64,000 bases of DNA from Takakia lepidozioides (Eukaryota; Plantae; Bryophyta): positions 83,390,001 through 83,454,000 of the forward strand of contig CM060731.1 in assembly GCA_030704615.1 (NCBI GenBank), written 5' to 3'. Shown here piece after piece: positions 13,101-24,600 of the stretch (position 1 is the first letter of the stretch; each line of letters begins with the position of its first letter). The notes under the pieces were generated by a model. That model was not told the origin of the DNA. It did no database searches and saw only the letters and a program-made list of their open reading frames with translations. A program made the position numbers and the translations under genes.

Positions 13101-14183
13101 CAGGCTTACAAGAAATTACCCATAGTTTTTTGTGGCAACCATACGTTTATGCTTTGTGCACTACAGGCATTTCTGCAGTTGTTACAGCCAAAACATTTCT
13201 GTGAGTCTAAAATGAAGAGAGTGAGAGGAATGGAGGAAATCAGGGTGAAGAGCACCACAATCCTGCAGAAACAAACGATTGCTACCCCACAGGCGATACA
13301 GATACTGAAGGAGCTGAGATTGCAAGGATTGCAAAGCATAGATTGGACATTACACCATAGACAGTACATGTTACAATTTTTGCAGAACTTTGAGCCAAGG
13401 ACAGGAACAACAACGGTGAAGGGAGTTGAATTACTAATTACTCCCCTATACCTACAGCAATTGTTTCGATTGCCAGCAGGTCAGGTGCATGTGGAGGAGC
13501 ACAGGGCAAGACTGCAAATAGGGGACTTATTCCAAGAAGGGAGTTTCTTTAAAACTCAGGGTTATGCTTGTACCAAGGCCGTGTACCCAGGGCTAAAGGA
13601 AGTAGGCCAGGTATTGAACGTTCTGATTGCCATGAAACAGAACCAACAGTATTTGAGCAGATCCTTCACGGAGGAAATACTCAAAGCCCTGAAAGGACAA
13701 GAGGTAGAATGGGCGGACATAATGTACAACGCACTGGTGGAGGAGATGAAAAGATTACAAGGTACTACCGCAAAGTCTCCTATCATAGTGTCTGGCCCAA
13801 TCATTGCTCAAATAATTCTTGATTCTGGCATACTTGATGCGCAAGAAAGAAAGGAGATGGGAGTGTTTGAGCCAGAAACCACTGCAATGGAAGAGCAAGG
13901 CTCTTCACACAGTGAGGGTGGACTAGCAGGGCAACCCGAGACTAAGAGGCAGAGACGGGGAAAGACTGTAGTGGCGGATCCACTGGCTTCACGGATTCCG
14001 CATGATAATGTTTCCCAAGCTCATGTGCAGGAAGGGGCACAGCAGCACAGAGAACTGCTATTACTGGAAGCAGGACCTTCAGAGAGGGAAGAGGAAGTTA
14101 CTTCAGTATCACAGCCATCACAGCCAGCTGATCGGCTTGTCACAAGGTTAAGTTGTCCATGCAGTGCCACCAGAAATAATTGA
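10125..14183 (+). CDS. pol: Gypsy-1 RNase H-integrase, reading through a tandem repeat into the extra ORF
   Basis: RH CDASG..GAVL and NYSTTEREALA. Integrase HHCC (H..GGHFG..CDECQR), core WGLDFVGP..FISDQGSHF..NGQAE, and WKGPY. The ORF then stays open for ~700 more codons. Confidence 0.9.
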   Translation: MDPMKTEAIKASPPPVNVKSLRRFLGQTSYYRRFVKRYAQIAAPLSKLLKKDAVFAWTAECQQAFEELTLSVTTTPVLINPHWHVVFHVHCDASGEALGAVLAQNVTGNIDSPVYYASRLMNSAERNYSTTEREALAMIYAVKKFRHYLLGKKFMFYVDHQALIYLVNKPLISGRIARWLIILHEFEFEVVYKPGRLHLVADHLSRLSTGEPATGIDDQLPDASLFAVEVQGSADDWLDWQWPIRYYLAHGQCPPSYGKEQRKRIAIKALPYTMVGSRMYKLGPDGVLKRCLYHHEVNKVLEEVHKGVAGGHFGEETTSRKILHAGYWWPTLFKDVHEYCQSCDECQRLGPLQRSGRMALHPTMPTEPFQKWGLDFVGPINPPAKNTRNRYIITATDYTTKWVEAKALRDNTAKSTARFLYENILTRFGCPLEFISDQGSHFMNETIELLTKEFMIVHRKSTTYYPQGNGQAEATNKILCTILAKIVNANRTDWDTKLLTALWSYRTSYKVTTKYTPFQLVYGMEALLPVEFLLPTMRTEWGKRMELQDSIKVRKHELYHVEEVRADAADNMTRIQMKRNEQFDEGKLKTFKTGDLVLWLQKKRKIKASKLKSPWKGPYVIQKMYDNNTAMLQTINKEMLGRVNANKLKGYSGIHDKPLQHDLHVETQEQSRAAPVLPTEYGALVARPSIYDQGGRPRRNTAYHSPSKRNTAYHSPSRRNTAYHSPSRRNTAYHSPSRRNTAYHSPARRNTAYHSPVRCNTAYHNLPPRVTAYHSLPQCITAYHNVPQYDTACHSSTQPTRVTRSIESVTGGRTITSGKWLTEEKTETSLKIDTWKSGRDTQLRRKCKNMCHKERGQERPSKWMEGGPINEYGKKGTEQTASTEKRNSCHMCDPSGLSSRESPLKKIKSKIQSQRLQPIESQRKDQEIGGKLSARGGVVLSNGRLDGTNHQCYSFETMEELTDYTLAILLTQWHRHERTERSFSLERCLQAPQAYKKLPIVFCGNHTFMLCALQAFLQLLQPKHFCESKMKRVRGMEEIRVKSTTILQKQTIATPQAIQILKELRLQGLQSIDWTLHHRQYMLQFLQNFEPRTGTTTVKGVELLITPLYLQQLFRLPAGQVHVEEHRARLQIGDLFQEGSFFKTQGYACTKAVYPGLKEVGQVLNVLIAMKQNQQYLSRSFTEEILKALKGQEVEWADIMYNALVEEMKRLQGTTAKSPIIVSGPIIAQIILDSGILDAQERKEMGVFEPETTAMEEQGSSHSEGGLAGQPETKRQRRGKTVVADPLASRIPHDNVSQAHVQEGAQQHRELLLLEAGPSEREEEVTSVSQPSQPADRLVTRLSCPCSATRNN
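12217..12520 (+). repeat. In-frame 30-bp tandem repeat (RNTAYHSPSR)n
   Basis: Unit GGCGAAACACAGCCTATCACAGCCCATCAA, about 10 copies degenerating 3'-ward. Confidence 0.95.
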
Positions 14184-16749
14184 TTTGGAAAAAGAAGGGT
14201 TAGATATTCCAACTACAGAACAGATAGTGGCAGAAATTGAGAAGGGGGACCTTCTCTATGAATATTCTGGTCTGGTCAAGGAGACAGAGATTCCAGAGGT
14301 GCAACAGTTGCCCAAGGGAAATCCTGAGGTGCATATAATACACACACCTGTGTCGGAGGTACCACAGGTAGAATGTCAAGACACTGCAGCACCGGTGATG
14401 GATGAAGTGGTTCAGGAAGAAAATCCGGTGGGACAATGGCCTGAATGGTTCGTGAGACATCACACGGTTGAGGATCAGGAGGAACAGCAGCAACCTCACC
14501 ATGATGACCCTCAACAGGCAATGCTGATGAGTTCCATAGGCAGGACACTTAATTTGTTGGGGACTTATGTCAAATCCCATGTTCCAACTACCCAATTGAC
14601 AGCCTTGAGAGAGGAACTCAGGAAGGAGTTTGAGGCTCGACTAGCCACTGAGTGTGCAAACAAGGTCGATGAGGAGGTCACTCTCAAGATGCAGCAGGAC
14701 TTGGAAAATACAGAAGCGGCTTTGCAATTGGCCAAGGAACAATTGATTGAGGCAGGCCTCGCGCAAGACCAGTTGCACGAAGCACATAAGCAACAGCTAT
14801 ACCAAATGCAGGTGAAGCATGAAAGCAAGTTGCAACAAGTAATGCACTACATACGGAGTTGCAGACAGTGCATGACAGGATGGCCATCAATGTGCTACAC
14901 TCACAACTATGCTTGACCAATCTACAATAGAAATAAACAGTCAAGCGGAAAAAAATATGAAGGCAGAAGCAGAGAATGTTGAGCAAATGAAACTCATTGT
15001 CGACATGAAGAATACAATCTGTCGCAATGAGGATACTTTCAAGCAATACAGGCAGGTTGAAGCTGACCAAGAGAGGCACATCCTGGAGTTGCAACAAACG
15101 GTCATGGCCAATAGAAATGAAATCTCTGTGGCTAACAAGGCTTGGAAGGAAGCCAATAATCTGGCTGCTGCCTATGCGAATTTGGTTGAACCTCATGCGA
15201 AGCGCATGGAGGCTTTACAACAGCAGTTAGAAGTGTACAAACACAAAGAGGAGCACACTCTCAGAGGAACCACAAGCAACTTGGTGGATAACAGCCTTAT
15301 GCAGGTCTGGTTAGCACAAGGGCCAGTGGAGGGCAAAGCACCACGAAAAAGCGAGATGAATGAGCTCAGACTGCAAGTGCAGAACATTGCCACAACTACT
15401 ATAGACAATGTCTATAGTAGGATAGCAGAGTTACAGGAGGATGTAGACGGACTGCAGACTCAAGTGGAGGACCTCACTTCAAACATCGACAAAAGAGTCT
15501 ATATCCCTCAGGAACAGCTAATGGCTTCTTATTTACAAGCCAGAACTTTGGCTTTTCAGTCTTCACAGGAGGTGCAGGAAATGCCAATGATACAAGAGCC
15601 AGTACCACCAACACCACAACAAGTCACTGTACCAGTAGCTGAACCTGTTGTTACTACAACCACACCACAGCCACCACAGCCTGAGGTATGGGGCAATGCT
15701 GCTTTTAACCCACCTAAAACTCCAGCTGCAAGGGAGTACAGTAGGGCTATGATTATGCCCTTCAACCAAATTCCCATCATGTTGGATTTGGCTTGGAAAG
15801 AATTTAGTCCTCCGCAGTCATTCGCACATTACTACCAAATCATGCGCATTTGGCTGCCAGTGGCAACTAGGACTAAAGTTCTTCCGAACAATCGACCAAT
15901 TGAGGATCATCACTTTGCACAGTACTGGCACGAGCAGGTACCATGTTGAGGGAATTAATTGCTTTCCAAGTTGTACATGGATTCATTTATACCAAGACCA
16001 AGGAGGTAGCAAGTATTGTCATGGGATGCGGGTTATACTACGCTGCTTGTTTTCTGGTACGTTATCACATTGAGCAACAAAAGATGCAAGCGCGCTTTCT
16101 GAGTTATTCCAGTGGGGATCATTGGATCTTACCTTCAGTGCCACCTCATATGTACCTATATGAGGCAAAAGTTATGATGCAAAAGGATTCTCAAATTCGT
16201 TCATGGTTTCAAGCGGCCTGGAACAATTTGTCAACACAGAAATTCGGCATTGATGATATTTTCTATAAGGGACATGTGGCATGGAAATACTTGCACGCTG
16301 CACAAGTAATTGGTACCCCACTCACCTGGACAGACAAGGAGCTCAGTGTCTACACCAATTTTGTTGTTCAGCGGTTACACCAAGTTGTAAAATATAAACT
16401 TCCAGACATGGTAGGACAACATTGTATGCCCCAGAGGATTCCACAAAAAGTTCGAAAATTAAAACACCTGAGAGGCGATGAGGATTCTGATACAACTGTT
16501 TCTTCACCGAATTCTTTTGACATGGGAGAAGACTATGCAATTCAGATGGCAGAGAAGAAGCGACGGGGGTCTCCTATGCCTGAAAGGTTACCTCGATATC
16601 AGCCTCCAGAGGGCCTCACTTATCCAGGTAGTGTTCAAACATCTCCGTCAACCAGAGACAGACCTCGGGCTCGTACACACAGTCCGCCACGAAACTCTCA
16701 ACGTCAGAAAGGTGCTCACTCACAAAGGTTTGCTAATCGCAATCAGTAA
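14164..16749 (+). pseudogene. Gypsy-1 extra 3' ORF (coiled-coil-rich, frameshifted)
   Basis: Three overlapping sense ORFs (14164-14916, 14909-15949, 15943-16749) joined by frameshifts; E/Q/L heptad-rich; ends just before the PPT. Confidence 0.7.
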
Positions 16750-16787
16750 ACCGTGAGGACACGGCTTTTTGAGAGGGGATAGGGTAA

Positions 16788-17801
16788 TGTTAGAGGACTG
16801 TCTGGGACTTAGACACTTATACGGGATCTGTAGGGTACCCTTAATTTTTGCACAGACTGAGACCAACAGGAGCCTTAGGGGTGACAGCAGCGCACTATAG
16901 AGGGGGGTTACACAGCCCGTCATAGCCAACACAGCCCGTCACAGTCGTCACAGCCGACACAGCCAACACAGCCCGTCACAGCCATCACAGTCGTCACAGC
17001 CGACACAGCCAGACACAGTCAGCACAGCTCGTCACAGCCCGACACAGCCATCACAGCCAACACAGCCCGTCACAGCCGACACAGCCACACAGCCAAACAC
17101 AGTCGCACAGCCAATCACAGCCCGTCACAGTTTCACACAGCCAGTCACAGCTTGACACAACTGTCACGATCATAGGGAACGGAGAGCAGGACAGGGAACG
17201 ACTGTGGGGAACAACACCTGCAAATGGAACATGTTAGTTCACGGACGACGGTTAGTGAGGGAAACGGTTAAAGCCACGGGTAGGAAGATAAAGGGAGAAG
17301 CAAGGACTGAGTAGGGGGTTTTTTGGGGGATGATTCTTGGAAGCACGTCAAGAGAGAGAGAGGATCGGGCGGAGAGTAAGAACGGAAGCAAAGATGGAGA
17401 ACACGGTGAAGGAGGAGAGATAATTAATAGATGCTTGTTATATGCAAAACTGTAGTGATATTGTAGAGCAGATTAGAGACACAATGGCTTCGGCCTGATA
17501 CCTGATAAATCATAATCTGATACTGATACGATACAATCACACTGTGTAGAGAGATCTGAGTGAAGCTGTGGAATGAATGGATGAGTTGATGAGCAAACTG
17601 ATACTCAATTATCAATAGTAAGGTAGCTAGCTAACATGAATGCGGAAAGGAAAACAAATAGGAAACACCCCCATGATACACTAGCTGTAGGTCATGACTG
17701 ATTGTTCTGCGCGGGCTGAGTACTTAGAGATTTCCAACTCTTCTATTTTGGAGTTTCCGCCTCGGATAGCGAAGGGATGGGTGAGTAAAAGCCGCGCGAC
17801 A
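16788..17801 (+). repeat. Gypsy-1 3' LTR (1014 bp)
   Basis: TG...CA (ends GCCGCGCGACA), preceded by the PPT. The end is supported by the related LTR at 58386 on the minus strand. Confidence 0.88.
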
Positions 17802-18098
17802 CCCACTGCTCGCAGCAGCTGCTAAGAGTTGCCCGTCATCTTCCTCTTCGTTTTCCTCAACCCGCGTTTCTAGGTTAAACACCTGGGATGAAAACGTGCA
17901 TCCTACGGATGAAAATACGCATGGTCATGACTTAGCCATTTTTATCCTGGCAAAGCATAAGCACAGTATGCCCATGAAATTACCTATATGCAGGGATATA
18001 TCCCTCCTGCAGTTGTACAACGGGCACTCCCGTTGTAGTGATGCAGGGTCTTAACGGTAAGACAAAATGTAATGTCACTCCCCTGCATTCACACTACA
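17802..18098 (-). mobile_element. Gypsy-X 3' LTR, proximal part
   Basis: Reverse complement of 32219-~32514. Confidence 0.9.
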
Positions 18099-18392
18099 TA
18101 TGTAGTATGTCTCCCTTTTTAAGTGTCAGGGTCCTCACTGACCACCTTCACTGGCTGACCACCCACTGGTGGTATGAATGGTTTCAAATCCCGCCTACTT
18201 CTTACCCATTCCTTGTTTGCCCCATCTCTTAGCCTGCATCTGCGTGCATTCCCCTGTCCTTGTGGTGTTTCCCGCATCTTTGTACCCCAAAAAATCATAG
18301 GGTCCCTCCCATGGAGATGTCATGGAAGACCTCTTTCCAGGCCTCAACATCATCACCTTGCTGTTCTCTATCAACTTGCAGTAGCTCCGCCC
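18099..18392 (-). pseudogene. Gypsy-X integrase tail and PPT
   Basis: Minus-strand peptide KVMMLRPGKRSSMTSPWEGPY (GPY/F motif) and purine tract AAAAAGGGAG just before the LTR. Continues the integrase broken at 40767. Confidence 0.8.
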
Positions 18393-18855
18393 GGGGGCTG
18401 CTATTTCATGAGCCATGAGCCATGAGCGGCATGAGCCATGAGCAGAGTCGTAAGTGTGGAAAAAAACATGAGCAGCACTATTTTCCGAAAATGAGTGTCC
18501 GCGGGAATAGGGTTTAGGGTGCCACGGTCATAGGGGGAGAAGGACCTCCCGATGAAGGAGGTTCGGCAATGTTATTTAGAATTATATATTGAAAGGCAAT
18601 GTTTCGCGAATGGTAGGGTGGTACTGCTCTGTACAATGGGGGCCCATTTCAGCCTACCAGCCACTTGCAAAATCCACCCACACTCCCAATCCCAAACGAA
18701 ATGAGCAATGACGCATTCTCGGAACGATGGACACAGAATAGAATAAAAAGAGGGCACAATGAGGTTTTTATTGATCCACATGAATTGCATTTGAAGCACG
18801 TCTACTGTGCTGATTGTGCAATCAAATCTTTAGCCCTGTGCCTATTGAATACAAG

Positions 18856-19419
18856 TCACGTTGTCAATGGGACTTCGACTGCTCTCAGAACTAGCTCATG
18901 AGTCATGGGGCTCCTCCATGTAAAGTCGATTGCAGCCGTTGTACCGCCCCTAGTGATGTTCACCACAATGTCCTGCCCTTCAATCATACCACCATCGAAT
19001 ATGGAAATCTTCACGTTTTCGTCGTCCACACCAATGCGAATGTCCCCATACAATGGAGAAGAGGAGCGCACTCCTTGAGGAGAATAGGTCTCTCCGATGG
19101 AGTCCACCCACGTCCAGTGGCAGCAGTTCCACCGCAACAGCATAGCAGTGCGCCTTCTTCTGCATGGGTGACCGTCGTAGCTGGGAAAATCGGAATCGAG
19201 GATGCGCAGGAGCCACGGACTCCTCAGACCAAGATCGTCACCCCGGTTGAAGGCGTAGTGGCCTACGATATACTCAAAAGCCACCAATGTTTCCACAATC
19301 GAACCAGTATCTTCTGTGTAATCTGTGTACCAGATAACAATGTCTCCCGATGTGGCCGAATACATTGCATAATCGATGCCTCCAAATGGGCAGTCGTCCC
19401 GGTTCCGGAAGCACGGCAT
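18856..19419 (-). CDS. MULE-A cargo protein 1, unknown function (~187 aa)
   Basis: Open frame MPCFRNRDDCPFGGIDYAMY..SGDIVIW..RWNCCHWT..PLYGDIRI..DGGMIEGQDIVV..ELVLRAVEVP; paralogous to 19971-20549. Confidence 0.75.
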   Translation of the reverse strand: MPCFRNRDDCPFGGIDYAMYSATSGDIVIWYTDYTEDTGSIVETLVAFEYIVGHYAFNRGDDLGLRSPWLLRILDSDFPSYDGHPCRRRRTAMLLRWNCCHWTWVDSIGETYSPQGVRSSSPLYGDIRIGVDDENVKISIFDGGMIEGQDIVVNITRGGTTAAIDFTWRSPMTHELVLRAVEVPLTT

Positions 19420-19970
19420 CCTTGCAAAGGAGGACCTGAGGACGACTTGGATGCAGATGACAATGACCTTGCGGACAGCTACGAAGCCCTTAGATTTTGG
19501 AAATGATGCGAAGCGGAAGAGCAGTCCGGCCTCCAATAATGGAGCATCTGGGTCCCACGTACCCACCGACGGAGGTGGAACGTGTTCATCACGCCGGCGG
19601 TGGATGAACCCATACATCTTTCTCATCAACAAGTTATAGTTTGAGATCTGCCACCGAAGTCCATCCCCCCGGATGGAAATTCGGCGCCGCATTTACATCG
19701 AAGAGGGGATGGACTTCGTCGTGTCCAGTGGCTATCGGCCCACCTGGCAGTGAGTGCCCATAGTTTGCATGGCAGGGTAGGAAACTGAAACGGCTACATT
19801 CATGAAGCAGCCAATCTTCATCGGTCCAGGATCCTGTAGGGGGGAAATTTAAATGTGCCCTGGAGTGTTTGTGAGGAATTGCAGCGTTAAACTTTTTCCA
19901 GCCACCGCGCTGCTCCTCCTCCATCCGGGAGCTGCTGTCATTGAGCATACTCCGCTACTCTTTTTCAAGG

Positions 19971-20549
19971 ATGCCGTGCCGCCAAAATCCAGCCGACTGC
20001 CCTTATCATGGCCACGATTATGCTATGTTCAAACCAGAATCAGGAGACATCATTGTCTGGCTCTCTGTTTTCACAGACGCTGCTGGAATCAAGCAAGAGT
20101 CTTTGCGCGCAATGGAGTATCTGGAGGGCTATTACCGCTTTGAGCGAGGTGAGGGCGAGGGTCAATGCGGTCCGTGGGTCCTGAAAATTGTTGACCTCGA
20201 TATACCAAGCTGGAAAGGGATGCCGGACAGATCATGCACGTCCTCGCTTTGGCGCTGGAACTGCTGCCAGTGGACCAGGGAGGACGGCACCGGGGAAAAC
20301 TATATACGTGCAGATCACTCCGCTCTTCCAGTGTATGGAGACATTCGGCTGAGTTGCGAAGACGAATCGCACGGGCACATGAGGCCCACAGTGACCTTGT
20401 CAATGTATGATGGTGGTATCATTGATGGACATGACATTGTCGTCGGCTCCAGCAAGGGCAGCAGAACGACCGAATTGCAGTTTACCTCGAGGTGCCGCTG
20501 CAGTGATGAGCTTGTTTTGAGGGGTATCGAAGTTCCGTCGACTTGGTGA
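19971..20549 (+). CDS. MULE-A cargo protein 2, unknown function (~192 aa)
   Basis: MPCRQNPADCPYHGHDYAMF..SGDIIVW..RWNCCQWT..PVYGDIRL..DGGIIDGHDIVV..ELVLRGIEVP; colinear with cargo protein 1. Confidence 0.75.
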   Translation: MPCRQNPADCPYHGHDYAMFKPESGDIIVWLSVFTDAAGIKQESLRAMEYLEGYYRFERGEGEGQCGPWVLKIVDLDIPSWKGMPDRSCTSSLWRWNCCQWTREDGTGENYIRADHSALPVYGDIRLSCEDESHGHMRPTVTLSMYDGGIIDGHDIVVGSSKGSRTTELQFTSRCRCSDELVLRGIEVPSTW

Positions 20550-20804
20550 AGCCCATGTAGAAGGAGGAAGGGCTTAGTTTTGTCTGCAGTTGGTAAATGT
20601 GAGACATCGTGTCCGATCAATAAACCCATCGTACCTCACTTCTGTATGATTGTGTTTCATTCTGTTGAATAACTGTCGGAATTGGCCCACTGTTTACAAT
20701 TTGATGTCTCATTTCTACAATGTGTTTGTCCGGATGAATATAGCAGAGTAACCGGTATGTGAGTCATGTGTCAAGAATATACCAAAGTAACGCCATGTCG
20801 GACA

Positions 20805-21495
20805 TTGAAATGCGGCACCGCATTTCCATGTGGGACAAGGAAATGCGGTGCATCATTTCCGTCCAGGTACACGAAATACCAACACGGGTCTATAAATTGG
20901 ACAGACAACGAGGTTGGCATTGCAAATGCGGCGACGCATTTCCAGCTTGGCAATGGAAACTTCTTTTTGAACAAGGGAATGCGGTGCCGCATTTCCGTCC
21001 AACACTTCAAAAAGTGTGACATTTCCGACCAGCGCGATGGAATGCGTTACCGCATTTCCGTGAGAGGGTCTGCAAATGGACAAATTGCGATGTCCGTTCT
21101 GGAAATGCGGCGCCGCATTTCCATGTCCGTCATCGACTTTTTTTTTACAATGGAATGCGGTGCCAATTTTTGCTGATGGGCCTGCAGTTCGAACAACGAC
21201 CATCCCCAATATGGAAATGCGGCACCGCATTTTCAATTCCGCCATCTCGACCTCCTTGTTCGACCTCTGTAAGCGTGGTGGCATCCATGCAATGAGCGGG
21301 AGAGGCCAAAACTGGCGTGTGGACAAAGGAAATTTTGGAAATGCGGCACCGCATTTCCAATCGGCCGATTACTTTTTACTATGCCAACATTGAAATGGAA
21401 AATTTAGTCCCTCCCCTGTTTTGGAAATGCGGTGCCGCATTTCCAAAAGAGGTTCTTAGAGTTTCCAAAATTTTGGAAATGCGGTGCCCCATTTC
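20805..21495. repeat. A-type palindrome cluster GAAATGCGGYRCCGCATTTC
   Basis: About a dozen copies between the cargo genes and the 3' end of the MTase gene. Confidence 0.9.
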
Positions 21496-21632
21496 TGATT
21501 TTGGGAGCGTCGTGGTTTGGGCGATTGTGTGGCTGGAATGCACACTGGAGAGGGGTCACGAATGTCGGGCATAATTTCCTTTATATACTCTCGAAGAGAA
21601 TTTACATTTACAGAGACTTCATTAAAATTCTA

Positions 21633-24600
21633 TTAATCTTGAAAATCATCCGAATCCTCATCTTGTTCTAGACTGTCCTGCTCCGCCTCCACCCCCTCAG
21701 TGCCTTTCTCATCTGCAGTGGACTGCTCGTTGGCCAGGCTTTCAAAAATCCCATCTTCCCCTTGCGGAACTGTCCATCTCACCTCCGTTGGGTCGTCTTC
21801 CTCCCTGTCTGCGTCGCTCTCATCCGCTGAATCACATATGTACTTTCGTACCCGTCTACCTGTCTGAGCTGCTGCCAACTCTTTCCTTATCCTTCTGTCC
21901 TCCCTAGCCTTCTCCAAAATCTGCTTTACTTTACTGGGATTCTCACTTCTTCTAATCGCTGTATTTGCGAGTTTAGCTGCATAACTAGGAAGGGAGTAGT
22001 CCCTCACCGGGCTCGTCATGAAGTCGGCCCTCGCAAAGAACGGGACATTCTTCTTGGCAGGAAGTGTAGGCCCTACATGTTTCGACCCGGACCCTGCAAT
22101 CCTGCACATGACAATCATCAACGAGACTAATGAGAACCACAGTCGGGAAATTCGTTTGACAAAAATGACCCAGAAGGCTTTGCAAACTTACAATGTTTGC
22201 ACTCACTCGTATTCCGGGTTCTCCTCCGCATCAATGTCCACTGTGTCTTCCTCGGACTCCAACGAATCCGAGGAGACTTCCGCTCTGTCGGGAGCTTAAC
22301 ATTCCGTTGCAGCCCTTCCAGATGGGATCCCCACACGGATGAATCCTCCTCGTAGGCAAAGAGGTGCCGGTCGGAAAACCGCCCAGCCCACATTGAGGCA
22401 CCTGTTACAATGCCATCCACACATTACCACATGGCGCTTCAGATGTTGCGAACTACATCCTAACGAGAATTTGCAGAACAGCATAGATCAAGATTCTGCA
22501 TACCTGTCCCACAGATGAGGTGAGCACTGTGCCCTCCACGTCTGTGCATGTCTCCATAATTGTCTGAATGAAGGCAGGGCTCCGAGTCCGTGAGTACCGC
22601 AGGGGTTCCGTTGAAGTGAGGCTATGAGGGAGAAGTTCCTTGGGAACGTTGTTGAACAGAACGTCGTAATCGAGGGGGTCGCAGTTCAGGTCAACCTTTC
22701 CTCCCTCCTTCCGGAAAGCAAAGGTGGAGTTCTCCTTCACAAAGCAGTATGCATGGAACTGCTTCGTCTGCATACACAGGGGGGAACGATTAGAAACCGA
22801 ATGCGGCACCGCATTTGAAAACACCCAAGCAAATGAATGGACGAGTGCCAGTGTCGTAATCACCTTCTTCCCTTCCGACCGAAGGCCCAGTGTGTTGATG
22901 CACGTCCACTTCTTTTTCAGAATCGGGACGGCGCTCTTGCGGGTCCACTTCGCAATTCCTGTCTGAGTGTTTTTTCCTCTGCTCGCCAGGACAACCACAC
23001 AGCCTTTGTCGTCCAACACCATGCGGGCAAGCCCGAATCCTTTCTTCCAAAAGTCCTCCGAGTACCTGTTCCAAGATGGCAAAGCTTGCAGTCCTTCCAC
23101 AGGCTCTCCGTCCGGAATATCCAAGATGATCATATCGCAAGACCACTCGGTGGCATTTCCACCCCTCCTACAATCCTTGTCTGCACACACCCTCTCAAAG
23201 AACGAGACCATATTCTGAAATCCTGGGGTGTCGGAAGGCTCTTCGGCAGTCGCCTTCTTCAGTGCTCTGCCCTTCAGACCCTCCATGGTCTTCATGTATG
23301 CCAACTTGGCTGCCCGTCCATCCAAAGCCGCCAAGAAACTCTCATTTACACACTGGACTACTGTTTCGGAAGCCACTTTTGGCCTCTTCATTTCCACCGG
23401 CTCGAAAGGGTGCCCCCCTGGGGGGTTGAAGAGTGCCTTCTTTGCCGAGCCAGTTCTCGTGCCTCTCGTGACAACGGTGGGAACAGGGGAGGCAGCCTGC
23501 GTTTGGGGGGGTGGGCTGGTTGCAAAGTCTCCATCGGAGTCCTCTTCCTCACCCTCTTCCTGAACAGGCTATTTCTGCTTCTTCGTTTTGGCGGGGTGTC
23601 ACAACAGCTGCTCCTTGCTGGCGAGTCCTCTTCTTTGACACCTTCTTTTGGGCCCGCACAGCTACATCCACCGTCTGTTGTGCCATCTCAGCTGCCTTTC
23701 TGGATTCTTCCAGAGCAGCAGATTCCTTTGCCGACTTTGGCCCAGCAGGGACACGTCTTTCCTTTCTCTTCTCTTCTGCCAAGGCGTGCAGATCTTTCTC
23801 AGACTCATCAACAATACCGCCAGACATGTCCAGGTACCACGGGCATCCAACGAGATGCGCGGGATGCCATTGTTTCTGCATCTCGGGTGTGTAGACACAG
23901 CTGGGCCCGCCACGGTCCAAGCCATGAAGAACGGGGGCTCTTGAGCCAGGGCCCCTGTCTGAAGGAGCACGTATTTCATATACCTGCAAGGCAGTCAGCA
24001 TGCGTGAGCAAAAGTTGAGACCAACCTACTCGCAGAGTGCCACCGAAAACATAAAATGCGAATGCGGTGCCGCATTTCCGAGACAAACCTCGTAACCAGG
24101 CTTCGCATACAAGGGCAGCTGTGCTTCACTGTAAACAATTCGCATTGCAGCTTTCCCCGCTCCCTCCTGATGGTAAACTCCACGCTCCTTCTTGCTGTCT
24201 GTAGCTCTCTGGCGAAAAGGTTGTCCTTGTACGCACATCTGAAACGTGTCACGTAGTCTTCCAATGTCTGTGTTCCATCCCATTTGACGTACAAGCCGAA
24301 CGAATTGTGTGCATTACGACTTGCTCCTTCGCATTCGACATTACCTGCGATTCCCAAATGCATTGTCACGTAGCAGTTCAGGGAATTCATTTCAGAAAAG
24401 CAAATCTGGGGAAGTACCTTGAATTACCTGGAACCACAAGTCATACGGTTGAGCCACACATCCACTGCAGGGTCGGAAACTTCCAGTGGAAAAGACCACA
24501 TTGTCCTTATGCTCTCGGATGCATTCCTGATCGACAGCCACCGTGTCTGCCATTTCCGATCCAATGTCAGGAGCTGGAAGAGAGTGGCTATTGCTAGGAA

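Larger units (their letters stand above)
5400..17801 (+). mobile_element. Gypsy-1: Ty3/Gypsy LTR retrotransposon (non-chromovirus-like) with a long extra 3' ORF
   Basis: Both LTRs start TGTTAGAGGACTGTCTGGG (5400, 16788). PPT GAGAGGGGATAGGGTAA at 16771-16787. Domain order gag-PR-RT-RH-INT. Confidence 0.92.

Noticed and set aside
22837-24018. 393-aa plus-strand ORF
   Set aside because: Antisense shadow of the GC-rich MTase exon; no motifs and no counterpart in B.
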